Below are positions 27,205 through 37,723 of a DNA stretch of 64,000 nucleotides, one piece after another. Made by a program: the position numbers and the translations under genes. The stretch comes from an uncultured virus (IMG/VR IMGVR_UViG_3300033146_001099) (taxonomy: Duplodnaviria; Heunggongvirae; Uroviricota; Caudoviricetes). Under the pieces are notes generated by a model. It was given only the letters and a program-made list of their open reading frames with translations. It was not told where the DNA came from and ran no database searches. The DNA is taken from IMG/VR virus record IMGVR_UViG_3300033146_001099. The stretch is one strand, 5' to 3'. The number at the start of each line of letters is the position of its first letter. Position 1 is the first letter of the stretch.

Positions 27205-27885
27205 ATGAAAACTATAGTATTCAGTTGTAAATACGGAAAACTTCTTCCTTACTTCGCAATACAATTCAACAAGTACTTTAGTCCCGACCAAGAGGTGGTT
27301 GTACTAAGCCCTCGCCCCCTACCCCCTCTTCCTGACAATTTTAGTCACTTTTTATTACCAGGATACAGTATGTCCTGGTGCAATGATCTCCAACCATTCT
27401 TCGATCAGTTTACAGATGAGTATTTCCATGCATGCATGGAAGACCATTTTTTGTACGATAATGTTGACGTTCAGACTATAGAGGATGCAAAAACATATAT
27501 AGAGCGGGAAGACATTGACAAGTTTGGATTTCAAATTGGCACTCGCAGTGGAACAAAACCTTTTTCAGTCAACCTAAGATATAAGCAATTAACACCCGCA
27601 TGTAATTTAGTCTCTTCATTACAACCGAGTGTTTGGAGGACTAGCTTCTTCAAAAAGATATTAGACTCTAGTCGAGGTCTTGATGCTTGGGAATTTGAAA
27701 CTAACAACAAGAAGGAGTCTTTAGTCACAGATCACGTCTGTATATATCAGGAAAGCCCAGAACCTTACCCTGTAGCTGATGTAGTGCGTCGTAGACAACC
27801 CAATAAGGCTTTCTGGGGCAAGTGTGTTACAGATGTCGACGACATAGCTATATTCGAAGCAGCAACGAAAGCAGTATTCTCATGA
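27205..27885 (+). CDS. putative glycosyltransferase (GT-A-like)
   Basis: MEDHFL, SLQPSVWR, AWEFE; cluster context. Confidence 0.6.
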   Translation: MKTIVFSCKYGKLLPYFAIQFNKYFSPDQEVVVLSPRPLPPLPDNFSHFLLPGYSMSWCNDLQPFFDQFTDEYFHACMEDHFLYDNVDVQTIEDAKTYIEREDIDKFGFQIGTRSGTKPFSVNLRYKQLTPACNLVSSLQPSVWRTSFFKKILDSSRGLDAWEFETNNKKESLVTDHVCIYQESPEPYPVADVVRRRQPNKAFWGKCVTDVDDIAIFEAATKAVFS

Positions 27886-28115
27886 TGATTACAGTAGGAA
27901 ATTTGATAGACCAGTTGACGATTGCTAACCTAAAGATTTGGATGCTTGAAGATCTGAAACGTGACAGTGATGACGATAAAACTATCGCTGACGCCTGTCG
28001 AAGAACGAATACACTTAATGTACAGAGAAATGAGCTCATTATGGCTATTGATGAGGCATTGAATACGGGTGGGGCGTCTGCTGGCAACTCTAAACTCTAT
28101 GGGCATAAATCATGA
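27882..28115 (+). CDS. small helical protein (DUF4254-like)
   Basis: LIDQLTI.NLKIW.LED, N.QRNELI.AIDE. Confidence 0.65.
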   Translation: MMITVGNLIDQLTIANLKIWMLEDLKRDSDDDKTIADACRRTNTLNVQRNELIMAIDEALNTGGASAGNSKLYGHKS

Positions 28116-28738
28116 CTTGGTATGGACAAAAAGATACGGATAAATTGATTTCCGACTACTTTCAGAGCTCTCATGTGGGCGTCTGTGTAGAGGTAGGCGT
28201 CTCGGATGGTATAAAGGGTTCAAATACTCTGCATTTTGAACGAGAAAGAGGATGGCGAACGCTATGTATTGACCCCATTCCAGAGCACGTTGAGGCAGCA
28301 CGCAAGATACGTGAGTATGTATGGCAAGGTGCCTGCGGAGCACACCCTAGTAAAGAGGAATTCTACATATTTGATATCGGTGAACGCAATATCTTATCCT
28401 CCTTAAGTGGCCTCAAGCCTGATCCAAAACTGCTAGTGTCACATGGACATCTAATCAATAAGTGCTATACTATTAATGTGTCGGTCGATCCCCTTACCAG
28501 TATACTTATGTACGCAAATATGCCTAAGCATATTGACTTTATCTCTATTGATACAGAGGGAACAGAACTAGATGTTTTATATGGCCTTGGCCTAGAAGAA
28601 GAACTTGACTTTACAGTTAGCCTATTGGTAGTGGAAAATAATCATAACGAGCCCGAGATTGAGCAATATCTTAATACTTGTGGATGGTCCAAGGTCGAAC
28701 GTTACTTTGTTAACGATTTTTATATGAAGGAAAAGTAA
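28112..28738 (+). CDS. FkbM family methyltransferase
   Basis: VEVGVSDG..GSNT, GW..LCIDP, IDFISIDTEGTE. Confidence 0.9.
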   Translation: MTWYGQKDTDKLISDYFQSSHVGVCVEVGVSDGIKGSNTLHFERERGWRTLCIDPIPEHVEAARKIREYVWQGACGAHPSKEEFYIFDIGERNILSSLSGLKPDPKLLVSHGHLINKCYTINVSVDPLTSILMYANMPKHIDFISIDTEGTELDVLYGLGLEEELDFTVSLLVVENNHNEPEIEQYLNTCGWSKVERYFVNDFYMKEK

Positions 28739-29895
28739 TGACTAAGTGCAGAATAGGCGGCGACGAACTAGTTGAACTGTTCTCTTTGGGAGACCTATAT
28801 GTTTCTAACTTCCTACAAGATAGCGAAGCGTCCGAAACCTTTGACAAGGGTGAACTAACCCTGGCCATCGGTCCTAAAACTGGACTAGTACAATTAACAA
28901 ACAGCATTGACTTTGATACCATGTACCGTAGATACTGGTATAATTCGGGAACTAATAATTCGATGACCGCTGAACTAAGAGCGCTCCTGTCTTTCGTTCC
29001 CGACAGCATGCGACGAGTAGGGATGGACCCGTCAAACAGCAGTGCGAATGCACACACCAAGGCAGACCTCATTATTCCTGACTACTTTAATTATGAGGCG
29101 ATAAAAGACCAGGGGAAATTTAAATTCATTACAGCTATTGCTATGTTTTACGACCTGGAGCGGCCATTAGATTTTCTTTCTGACATCCATGAGGCACTAG
29201 AGGACGATGGTCTATTCGTGGTCCAGATGAGTTACCTTCCCCTAATGCTAGAGCAGCTTGCGTTTGATAATATTTGTCACGAGCACCTGACTTATTACTC
29301 GCTAGAGATACTGACAGTCTTGTTTGCCGCAGCAGGCTTTACTATCGTAGACTGTGAAATCAATGATACTAACGGTGGCAGCTTTAGAGTCTACGCACAG
29401 AAGACAACTGCCGCAGTCACTTCCTTTGGAACAGCACCCTTTAGAGACGTGGCTAGATTTCGAGTTCACAGTATACTTAGCTACGAAGTTCTACTGCAAC
29501 TAAAGAAACCTTTGACTTACAAGTTGTTTTACGATAGACTACTAAGCCTTAGGAAAGATGTAATAGAGTTAATCGACAATATCAAAAGCGAGGGCAAGAC
29601 TATCTGGGGCTATGGAGCCTCAACAAAAGGCAATACTCTTCTACAATATTTTGGCTTAGACAAGACAGTAATAGATGGCATCGCTGAGCGACAATCGATT
29701 AAGTTTGGCCTTCGCACAGTAGGCACAGAGATATCTATCATGTCTGAACATGTGATGCGTGAAGCAAAGCCTGATTATCTATTGATGCTGCCATGGCATT
29801 TTGTATACGAATTTACACAACGTGAACAAGCCTATCTAGAAGGTGGCGGTAAGTTTATTGTTCCATGCCCTACCTTGGAGGTAATAGGGAAATGA
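28738..29895 (+). CDS. NDP-sugar C-methyltransferase-like protein, apparently lacking SAM motif I
   Basis: CRI, YWYNSG.N..M, FDNICHEHL.YY, NGGS, YGASTKGNTLL, LPWHF; no DIGxNDG motif. Confidence 0.8.
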   Translation: MTKCRIGGDELVELFSLGDLYVSNFLQDSEASETFDKGELTLAIGPKTGLVQLTNSIDFDTMYRRYWYNSGTNNSMTAELRALLSFVPDSMRRVGMDPSNSSANAHTKADLIIPDYFNYEAIKDQGKFKFITAIAMFYDLERPLDFLSDIHEALEDDGLFVVQMSYLPLMLEQLAFDNICHEHLTYYSLEILTVLFAAAGFTIVDCEINDTNGGSFRVYAQKTTAAVTSFGTAPFRDVARFRVHSILSYEVLLQLKKPLTYKLFYDRLLSLRKDVIELIDNIKSEGKTIWGYGASTKGNTLLQYFGLDKTVIDGIAERQSIKFGLRTVGTEISIMSEHVMREAKPDYLLMLPWHFVYEFTQREQAYLEGGGKFIVPCPTLEVIGK

Positions 29896-30644
29896 TGAGA
29901 GCATACGATACGAATCTTGTTTATGAGAATGTTACTATTGAAGACGATGTTTCTATCGGTGCCGGTGCAATTATATATCCTGGAGTAACATTAGGAGCAG
30001 GCACTACAGTAATGCCATACGCTATTATTGGAGAGCCAAGTGTTGAAAGGATGCGTGAGTATTCTAACAACCCATACTGCAAGGCTACCCAGACTACAAC
30101 TATAGGAAAAAACAGTATTATTCGTTCCTTTGTGAATATAAGCGAAGGTGTTGAAATCGGTGATAACTGCCATGTTGGAGATCGGGTATTGATTCGACCT
30201 AATACAAAGATCGGAAACAACGTTAGCATCGGTAACCTATGCGATCTACAAGGTGACATAAGTATAGGTGATTACACTCGATTACATTCCAACGTATTCC
30301 TAGCGGAATTCACAACCCTAGGAAAATTTGTGTGGATTTTTCCACATGTTGTGTTCACAAACGATCCGTACCCTCCACACGGAGAGTCTATTGGGTCAAC
30401 AGTTAAAGACTATTCTTTGGTAGCGGTACACGCAACCGTCATGCCGGGGGTTACTATAGGTGAAAACAGCTTAGTTGGTGCTCACTCTCTCGTTCTCAAA
30501 GATATAGGGGAAGACGAACTATGGTGCGGAGTACCTGCAAAACTTAAGCGTAAGCTATCCGAGATAAAAGACAAAAGTGGTCGTTCGATCTATCCTTGGA
30601 AAAATTTTCTAAAAAAGAACAGAGGCTATCCGTGGCAAAAATAA
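29892..30644 (+). CDS. hexapeptide-repeat sugar N-acyltransferase
   Basis: Left-handed beta-helix repeats; VVFTNDPYP; GVPAK. Confidence 0.9.
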   Translation: MMRAYDTNLVYENVTIEDDVSIGAGAIIYPGVTLGAGTTVMPYAIIGEPSVERMREYSNNPYCKATQTTTIGKNSIIRSFVNISEGVEIGDNCHVGDRVLIRPNTKIGNNVSIGNLCDLQGDISIGDYTRLHSNVFLAEFTTLGKFVWIFPHVVFTNDPYPPHGESIGSTVKDYSLVAVHATVMPGVTIGENSLVGAHSLVLKDIGEDELWCGVPAKLKRKLSEIKDKSGRSIYPWKNFLKKNRGYPWQK

Positions 30645-30660
30645 AGAGGGAGTCTGACAC

Positions 30661-31527
30661 ATGAAGGTTTGGGTATATCATACAGGACATACAGGGTATG
30701 TGAATACAATTATAGAGTCTCTTAGTAAGTTCGTAGACGTACAGAGTGCTCCCGATGCCCAAACTGACTTATTTTTCTCTCTTCAAATGGGTCATCATGA
30801 TCAGCTAATTCATCTCAAGAGATCCTTCCCCCATATCCCTTTCATTACCTATGTTTGGGACTGTTATGGCTGGATATGGAGTCACGGTAGAGGCTATGAC
30901 TGGAAAGGTTATGGTGACCTGTGTAAAATAAGCGATGAGGTATGGGTGCCTTCATATGGTCAAGTGTTACGAATTAAGGAGCACTGGGGAATAGAAACAT
31001 ATGATGTAGTAAAGTGCTATGCTCAATACTTCGATCATGAGGTGGAAGATGGCGGATATGTCTGTAATGCGTTGAGGGAGATACCCGACTCGCAATTAGG
31101 GTGGGTTGAAAAAGCCTGCGAAGAACTAGGCATTCCATACGAGCACGGCGGCAGAAAGCAGGGTCAGGTTGGTCGAACCTGGGAAGAGTACAAGAAATTC
31201 ATTGCTCGGTCCAGCTTTATTATTTGTCCTTGGTTTGAGGCATCCACAGGTGGCATGTCATTACTAGAGTCCTACAATCTAGGTAAAGAAGTACTTATCT
31301 GTGACACTCCATACCTGGGGGCGAAGGATTATTTTGCAGATCGTGCCAATTATTTTAAACCTACGTACGAATCCATGAAGGAACGGATACAACTATTATG
31401 GGATCAGAAGCATTCCTTTCCATTCGAGCCATTAGAAGACAAGCAGGAGTTCTGTCAGGAGTTTACTGTTGATGCTTTTGCGAAGCGAATATATGACAGA
31501 TTCCGAAAGATATTGGAGAATAATTAA
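30661..31527 (+). CDS. glycosyltransferase (GT-B)
   Basis: EASTGGMSLLESYNLGK. Confidence 0.7.
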   Translation: MKVWVYHTGHTGYVNTIIESLSKFVDVQSAPDAQTDLFFSLQMGHHDQLIHLKRSFPHIPFITYVWDCYGWIWSHGRGYDWKGYGDLCKISDEVWVPSYGQVLRIKEHWGIETYDVVKCYAQYFDHEVEDGGYVCNALREIPDSQLGWVEKACEELGIPYEHGGRKQGQVGRTWEEYKKFIARSSFIICPWFEASTGGMSLLESYNLGKEVLICDTPYLGAKDYFADRANYFKPTYESMKERIQLLWDQKHSFPFEPLEDKQEFCQEFTVDAFAKRIYDRFRKILENN

Positions 31528-32651
31528 TGGACCCTACACTAAATCTAAAGGCCGAACGATTAATCTGGGTGGCTCAGCCATGGCTCGGAAACGAAGAAGC
31601 TCAGGCTGTGTTTGATGCAGTTACCGATAATTGGATCTCCCAAGGCCCAAGAGTTAAAAAGTTTGAAAAAGCCATTGCACAATCAACTGGGAAAACTTAT
31701 GGTTCAGCCTGTAACTCAGGCACCACGGCACTTCACTTAGCACTACATATTTGTGACGTGACTGTTGGTGATGAAGTAATCATACCCAACCTGACCATGG
31801 TAGCTCTAGCTAATGCTGTGCTATTGACTCATGCTACCCCTGTTTTTTGTGACTCATCCTTACTAAGTGAGGTAGGGAACATAAGCTATGAAAGTGTAAA
31901 ATCTTTGATTACCGAAAAAACTAAGGCCGTTATTTTGGTTCATACTTATGGTGAGCCGGTAGAAGATATCCAGCTAATCGTTAGCTACTGCAAAGCCAAA
32001 GGTATCAAGGTAATAGAAGACTGTGCCGAGTGTCACTTCGGAACCTATGAAGACCAGCCACTAGGATCATTCAGTGATATTGCTATCTTTTCTTTCTACT
32101 CTAATAAAAACATCACAACAGGTGAAGGTGGGATGTTTACTACGGATAGCCTGGAAATAAAGGAGAGATTAGATCGAGTACGTATGCACGCCTTCACCCC
32201 AGGAAAACATTTCTGTCACACTGAGCGGGCGTTTGGTTATCGAATGACGGACCTACAGGCAGCTATTGGTCTAGAGCAGTTTGCAAAAGCCGAAATCTTC
32301 ATGAGTCGCCGCAAGAAAATACGTGAAATGTACGAGCACGGCTTGGCCGGTGTTCGACACCTAACCATTCCAAAAACCTCTGATACATCAGCCCATTGGG
32401 TAATGCCGTTACTAGCAAAGAATAGTAACCAGCGAGATGCTATACGTGAGCAAATTGCTGATAAAGGTATTGACTCTCGAACTTATTTCCAGCCCATGAA
32501 TGAACAAGCTTTTCTCCAAGAATTTAGCGTAGGTAAATATCCACGGTCCAGAGAACTGTCTAAACGTGGATTTTATGTTCCTCTGTACCCTAAACTATCT
32601 GATGATGAAGTTGATTACGTCATCGAAGCTCTAAGGACTTTCTGGTCATGA
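31527..32651 (+). CDS. DegT/DnrJ/EryC1/StrS sugar aminotransferase (perosamine synthase-like)
   Basis: SGTTALHLAL, IEDCAE, FSFYSNKNITTGEGG, YRMTDLQAAIG. Confidence 0.95.
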   Translation: MDPTLNLKAERLIWVAQPWLGNEEAQAVFDAVTDNWISQGPRVKKFEKAIAQSTGKTYGSACNSGTTALHLALHICDVTVGDEVIIPNLTMVALANAVLLTHATPVFCDSSLLSEVGNISYESVKSLITEKTKAVILVHTYGEPVEDIQLIVSYCKAKGIKVIEDCAECHFGTYEDQPLGSFSDIAIFSFYSNKNITTGEGGMFTTDSLEIKERLDRVRMHAFTPGKHFCHTERAFGYRMTDLQAAIGLEQFAKAEIFMSRRKKIREMYEHGLAGVRHLTIPKTSDTSAHWVMPLLAKNSNQRDAIREQIADKGIDSRTYFQPMNEQAFLQEFSVGKYPRSRELSKRGFYVPLYPKLSDDEVDYVIEALRTFWS

Positions 32652-33265
32652 TAAAGGCGATACTGTTTGATCTCGACGGCGTGATATGCGATACATATAT
32701 GCTACATTACGAGGCATACAAGATAGCATTGCACACTGTGTATGATTTTGATCTAACACTAGATTTATATGATGCCATAGGAACGGTGCCAACTAGACTG
32801 CGAACAGTACACCTTACTGATCACGGTCACCTACCTTATGACGAAGAAAAGATCACAAAACTACATGAACTAAAGCAAGAACATACTGAACGTCTAAACG
32901 CTAATATGGCCGAAGATGATAAGTTGCTTGCACTTTTGAGCAAAGGAAAAGAGAAGTATAATTTAACTTATGCAATCGCATCAAATGCCTCTGATGCCTT
33001 TATACAAGATGTACTGACTCGAAAAAATATTGCACAGCTATTTGATTCTGTCATTGGTGGTTCGATAGCGAGAACTAAACCACACCCCATGATGTACATA
33101 AAATCAATGGTCAATTTAGGCGTGTCTCCGCAGGAGTGCATTGTTGTAGAAGATTCTAACACGGGACTGGTAGCGGCTTACCGCAGCGGAGCTTACGTAT
33201 ATCGTGTGAATAATCCTGACGATGTGAATGATAAGTTAATGAACTTGGTAGGACAGATGCAATGA
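32648..33265 (+). CDS. HAD-family phosphatase
   Basis: FDLDGV, KPHP, VEDS..G..AA. Confidence 0.9.
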   Translation: MIKAILFDLDGVICDTYMLHYEAYKIALHTVYDFDLTLDLYDAIGTVPTRLRTVHLTDHGHLPYDEEKITKLHELKQEHTERLNANMAEDDKLLALLSKGKEKYNLTYAIASNASDAFIQDVLTRKNIAQLFDSVIGGSIARTKPHPMMYIKSMVNLGVSPQECIVVEDSNTGLVAAYRSGAYVYRVNNPDDVNDKLMNLVGQMQ

Positions 33266-33987
33266 ACATTATAATTCCTATGGCTGGAGCTGGGTCACGC
33301 TTTAAAGACGCAGGCTATACCTTTCCGAAACCGTTGATTGAGGTTCATGGTGGGCGTCCAATGATCCAGTTAGTACTAGAAAATCTGAATATGCCATATG
33401 CACACTACATTTTTCTAGTGCAAGAAGAACATGAAAAACAATATAATATTTCTTCTATGCTTAGACAATTACTACCAGTACCTCCTAAGATCGTCGTCGT
33501 AGATGAGGTGACTGAGGGTGCAGCCTGTACAACGTTACTCGCAGCACCTTTTCTTCGGCGTAACGAATCACTTGTAATTGCTAACTCCGATCAGTTTGTA
33601 GAATGGGGGGGTCTAGAGCAGTTTATTACTTCGATGGAACAACAAAATGTAGATGGAGGGATACTAACCTTTAAATCTGTCCATCCTAAGTGGAGTTATT
33701 CTAAGCTAAACGACGAAGGTAATGTATGTCAAGTAGCAGAGAAAAATCCAATTAGTGAAAACGCAACAGTCGGAATCTATTACTGGAAAGTTGCCGAGAA
33801 TTATGTTCGCTACGCTCAAGATATGATAGCAAAAAATATTCGTACACGCGGAGAATTCTATGTTTGTCCCGTTTTCAACGAGGCTATTGAAGCAGGAGAT
33901 ATAATTCGAACTCACGAGGTACTAAAGATGTGGGGACTAGGAACCCCGGAAGACCTAGAAACTTTCCAGCGTAAGTATTATGGGTGA
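33262..33987 (+). CDS. nucleotidyltransferase (NTP-sugar pyrophosphorylase-like)
   Basis: IPMAGAGSRF, PKPLI, EGAACT, NSDQ, AEK.PIS, GLGTPEDL. Confidence 0.9.
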   Translation: MNIIIPMAGAGSRFKDAGYTFPKPLIEVHGGRPMIQLVLENLNMPYAHYIFLVQEEHEKQYNISSMLRQLLPVPPKIVVVDEVTEGAACTTLLAAPFLRRNESLVIANSDQFVEWGGLEQFITSMEQQNVDGGILTFKSVHPKWSYSKLNDEGNVCQVAEKNPISENATVGIYYWKVAENYVRYAQDMIAKNIRTRGEFYVCPVFNEAIEAGDIIRTHEVLKMWGLGTPEDLETFQRKYYG

Positions 33988-34720
33988 TATACTTCAAATT
34001 AGAAAGTTCATCGACTGTACGCTTAAAAATTTTTATCATGATCTTTGTCAAATAGAATCTCATTTGTCTATCGAGTCAGACAGTATAAATAGTCCGCAAT
34101 TTGACTTAAGCGACTCCCACTACTATGATGAGCGATCCATCAAGGGACATAAAATTGACAGAGCGTTAGAGTTTGGCTGCGGTGATGGTCGATGGTTAGA
34201 ATATTTTAGTCAATATTTTCCACAGGTAGATGGCTGTGACATATCTCCTTGGCAATTGTCCTTGGCTAAGAAAAGAGGGTTGGCCAGCGAACTATTTCAG
34301 GTTGACTATGAGAAGCTAACAGATGTTCCCAATGGCGTATATGATTTGATCTACTCTATTTCTTTGTTTCAACATTTGCCTGTGTATGATTTACGTCGCC
34401 TCTATCTCCAAGAGTTTTTGAAAAAGCTTAAGAGCGGCGGCTACATTGCAATTCAGATGGGTGGTGGGCTTATCCATTTTAATGAATCGCCAGATAGGTG
34501 GGGATTCGCAAAGTACAAGGACAATCTAGAGTGGTGCCGCTGGACAAATTCTCGATATGACGTACAAATATTAGATTACGAAGAGGTTAAAGAAGACCTA
34601 ATAAGCATAGGGTACGTGAATGTCGAAGTAAATAAGCTATTAGACTCTAACGATGACAACTTCTCTAAGGGACCGATGTTCCATACAGAGCATATTTTGC
34701 TTAGAGGGTTCAAGCCATGA
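33980..34720 (+). CDS. class I SAM methyltransferase
   Basis: ALEFGCGDGR, GCDIS, FQHL, LKSGG. Confidence 0.85.
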   Translation: MGDILQIRKFIDCTLKNFYHDLCQIESHLSIESDSINSPQFDLSDSHYYDERSIKGHKIDRALEFGCGDGRWLEYFSQYFPQVDGCDISPWQLSLAKKRGLASELFQVDYEKLTDVPNGVYDLIYSISLFQHLPVYDLRRLYLQEFLKKLKSGGYIAIQMGGGLIHFNESPDRWGFAKYKDNLEWCRWTNSRYDVQILDYEEVKEDLISIGYVNVEVNKLLDSNDDNFSKGPMFHTEHILLRGFKP

Positions 34721-35439
34721 TTATTGATGATAGATGTAAATTTGTTGTTCAGCATATTCCTAAGGCTGGAGGAACCTTCGTTAATGAATGTCTTTTGCGT
34801 AACGTTTCTAGTTGCGGAGTAATACGCAATGAGAGTCGTAAATGGTATTTGAAACCAGATGAGGTGATCATCCATAACGGGATAACAGATCAGACACAAA
34901 GCCTAGGATGGCTTGAGCATGTCGAGTTTAGAAAGCTGGATGATTATTTTATTGAAAACTATACCCTATGGATAGGTATTCGTCATCCTGTTGATCTATG
35001 GATTTCCCATTATATAGACAAGGAACATAGACATTTAGTTGATCCCCAAGTAGAAAATGTGCATAATCCTATCACGTTTTCTGAACATGTATTGCAGGCT
35101 ACAAAAGGTTTTTCTCCATCAGAATCGTTCTCTCGTAAGATTTTCAATGCTACAAAGCTAGCTCAGGGGAATGCGGGGGTGCGTGTTTTACGTCAAGAAA
35201 CATTACGCCTAGACTTACTAGAGGCTGTGCGAGCTACTCCAGGGTTAGTATTAACTGATACCTTGTACACTAATATAGTTACGGGAAATGTATATAGCAG
35301 GAGGGCTCAAGTCAAAGAGCGAGAAGAATTCCGACGACTTATCTACAAAGACATGGTTCTTTACGATAAGATACGAACATATGAGTTGTTTTTAACTGAA
35401 GAGTTCTATAATACAAGATGGAAATATAAGGCAAGATGA
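34717..35439 (+). CDS. sulfotransferase family 2-like protein
   Basis: HIPKAGGT, IRHPVD.WISHY, LRQETL. Confidence 0.8.
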   Translation: MIIDDRCKFVVQHIPKAGGTFVNECLLRNVSSCGVIRNESRKWYLKPDEVIIHNGITDQTQSLGWLEHVEFRKLDDYFIENYTLWIGIRHPVDLWISHYIDKEHRHLVDPQVENVHNPITFSEHVLQATKGFSPSESFSRKIFNATKLAQGNAGVRVLRQETLRLDLLEAVRATPGLVLTDTLYTNIVTGNVYSRRAQVKEREEFRRLIYKDMVLYDKIRTYELFLTEEFYNTRWKYKAR

Positions 35440-36437
35440 AAATAGGCGTTGTGATACAAGGACCACTAAAGAATAGCGACACCTTGGAGAGGTCTCTTAG
35501 TTGTGTACAGGAATTTATTAGCCCAGAAGACATAGTAATTTCCTCTTGGCTGGGGGAGGATCTACAAAGTAAAGTTAATGTAGAAATTATACGAAGTGAT
35601 CCCGCCTTGCTTAATGTGAACGAGAATTACTTTGATATTCTGAATCAGAATAACCGTTTCTATCAGGTATATAGTACAGCCGTAGGCATAGCTCATCTAC
35701 TAAGAAAAAAAGACTATGACTATCTTATCAAGCTACGTACGGACGAGTACTACTGCGATTACACCGAGCTAATCAATCGCATGACAAGCGACCCACGGAT
35801 ACATTCGGGCAATATGTTCTTTAGAAAAGATTTTCCGTTTCATGTGGGTGATCACCTTATGGCTGGTCCTGCCGAAGAGATAAAGCAATTCTTTGAAGCA
35901 TCAGTCACCAAGTTTATTGAATTAACTAATCCTGAGACGTTCTTCGCTGAGTTCAAGGGTGATAAGTATCAGAAGACTATCTTTCCTGCGAATTCCGCTT
36001 TGAGTAGTATTTTTTCATGGGACTTGACGGTCCTGCCAGTAGAGACCGTACTTACTCTCTTTTATTTATGGAGCAAAGGACATGATGTACAGCTTAGTGA
36101 TCAGGTAGAACTAATGAACAAATACTTTTGTCCTTTTCCGATACAGAAGTTTAAAAAGTTCCAGGCAACAGCTAACGTAATTTTCTTACAATTTACTGAG
36201 GAGACGATAGAGGGCTTGCGAGACTCTATTCTAGGCCCTATGTACGAGTGTAAGTCATGCCCCCCAGATATTATTTGTAGTCAGAGACAACATCAAGCAC
36301 TGGTCTGTTGTCTAATAGATAGCTTTACGCTAGATAGTTCTGAAATTGTTTCGCTACCTAACGGTGCCGACAACTATAATAGTCTTAGATGCCCCTGGAG
36401 GGTTGTTGACGAATTTAAATGGAGAATTAAACTATGA
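35436..36437 (+). CDS. WavE-like lipopolysaccharide synthesis protein
   Basis: VVIQGP, ISSW, N..YQ..ST..G, KLRTD, FHVGDH. Confidence 0.75.
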   Translation: MKIGVVIQGPLKNSDTLERSLSCVQEFISPEDIVISSWLGEDLQSKVNVEIIRSDPALLNVNENYFDILNQNNRFYQVYSTAVGIAHLLRKKDYDYLIKLRTDEYYCDYTELINRMTSDPRIHSGNMFFRKDFPFHVGDHLMAGPAEEIKQFFEASVTKFIELTNPETFFAEFKGDKYQKTIFPANSALSSIFSWDLTVLPVETVLTLFYLWSKGHDVQLSDQVELMNKYFCPFPIQKFKKFQATANVIFLQFTEETIEGLRDSILGPMYECKSCPPDIICSQRQHQALVCCLIDSFTLDSSEIVSLPNGADNYNSLRCPWRVVDEFKWRIKL

Positions 36438-37114
36438 AGCACATATACTTAGCCCCGCACGACAGCGACGTTCGTACAGTAATCGAGTCGCAGGCAAAAC
36501 GATTCATCTCTGATGAAGACCTTTTGATTTGGGATATAGAAGATGAGTTCAAGTCATCTTTTCAAGGCCTATTACAGTCTGACCTAGGAGAATATGTGGT
36601 CCTTTGCCCACGCGACACAATATTAATCGAAAATCCAGACTTCAAGCAACTAGATATAGTGGCTGGTGAGATGTCAGACCGTGGTTTAGACTACACGCAG
36701 CTAAGAAAGATCGGTAACAGCTCAGCAAACAAGCTAGAGAATTCCAGCGAACTTTACAAAGATGAGTGTAATAGATTTGTTGCTGTACCTCATGTTTTTA
36801 AAACCGATTCTCTTCGTGACATGATCGATAAAAGTCGTGATCGAGATGAACTCTATTGGATATCTTTACAGACAGGAGCATTAAGTGGTGCTTTCTTCCA
36901 TCGAGCAGGGGCACAGCCCCAGAAAACCCTGTCCTATTGGAAGTGCCCTATCTATCATACGATCAGTGACATCCTGACACCTGATGGTCTCTGGAATGAC
37001 ACCCATATTGACTTCAACAATAAGGTATTGGCAATAGTACTGTCGGATTTAGGTATTGACTCCACTATACGCGGAGTAGGCTCCATAGGAGGATGCTGTC
37101 ATGATCTGGGTTAA
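36434..37114 (+). CDS. hypothetical protein, possible degenerate glycosyltransferase
   Basis: Coupled ORF within the cluster. Confidence 0.6.
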   Translation: MKHIYLAPHDSDVRTVIESQAKRFISDEDLLIWDIEDEFKSSFQGLLQSDLGEYVVLCPRDTILIENPDFKQLDIVAGEMSDRGLDYTQLRKIGNSSANKLENSSELYKDECNRFVAVPHVFKTDSLRDMIDKSRDRDELYWISLQTGALSGAFFHRAGAQPQKTLSYWKCPIYHTISDILTPDGLWNDTHIDFNNKVLAIVLSDLGIDSTIRGVGSIGGCCHDLG

Positions 37115-37430
37115 TGTTGCGAAGAAGTATCTGGCTGCTTATGCTTCAAAAAATGTAGAATTATTGGAGGAAATGTACGCAAGCAGAGTAGAATTATGTT
37201 GTTGGGACTGTCATTTTATAGGCAAAGAGGAGGTTTTAGCCGGAAATCGCCGGTTTTTTGAGGTTGCTGACCATATTAATATTAGAATTCAAAACACTTG
37301 CTATAAACATAAGCAGATTTTTGTAGAGTTTACTAAAACTTGGGGATCAAACAAAATTTTACAAATTGTAGAGATCATTGAGTTTGATGACTTCGGTAAG
37401 ATAAAAGCAATACGTTCTTACAGGCAATAG
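37101..37430 (+). CDS. SnoaL/NTF2-like protein
   Basis: Y..AYASKN, WD...GKEEV, EIIEFDD.GKI..I.SY. Confidence 0.75.
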   Translation: MIWVNVAKKYLAAYASKNVELLEEMYASRVELCCWDCHFIGKEEVLAGNRRFFEVADHINIRIQNTCYKHKQIFVEFTKTWGSNKILQIVEIIEFDDFGKIKAIRSYRQ

Positions 37431-37441
37431 GAGAAAATAGA

Positions 37442-37723
37442 ATGGCAATTAGTGTAGACCAAATGGCAGGGGCATATCTAACAAATATGATTCAAGAATT
37501 AGAGAGAATAAGGAACGTTGCGGCTGAGCATCAAACAACTATTGTTGCTATGGAAGCTCATATTGAAGAGTGTAAGGCCAGTATGCAACCAGCAGTGGCT
37601 CCACCAGCCGTGGTTCCAAGCCCACTCGGAATGGGGGTTCCGAATGCTGACGGTTCCACTACAGAAAAACTTAAATTACCAAATCCATTTGATGAAATTC
37701 TGACAAAAGTTGAGCAGAACTGA
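37442..37723 (+). CDS. hypothetical coiled-coil protein
   Basis: AGGAG RBS. Confidence 0.7.
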   Translation: MAISVDQMAGAYLTNMIQELERIRNVAAEHQTTIVAMEAHIEECKASMQPAVAPPAVVPSPLGMGVPNADGSTTEKLKLPNPFDEILTKVEQN

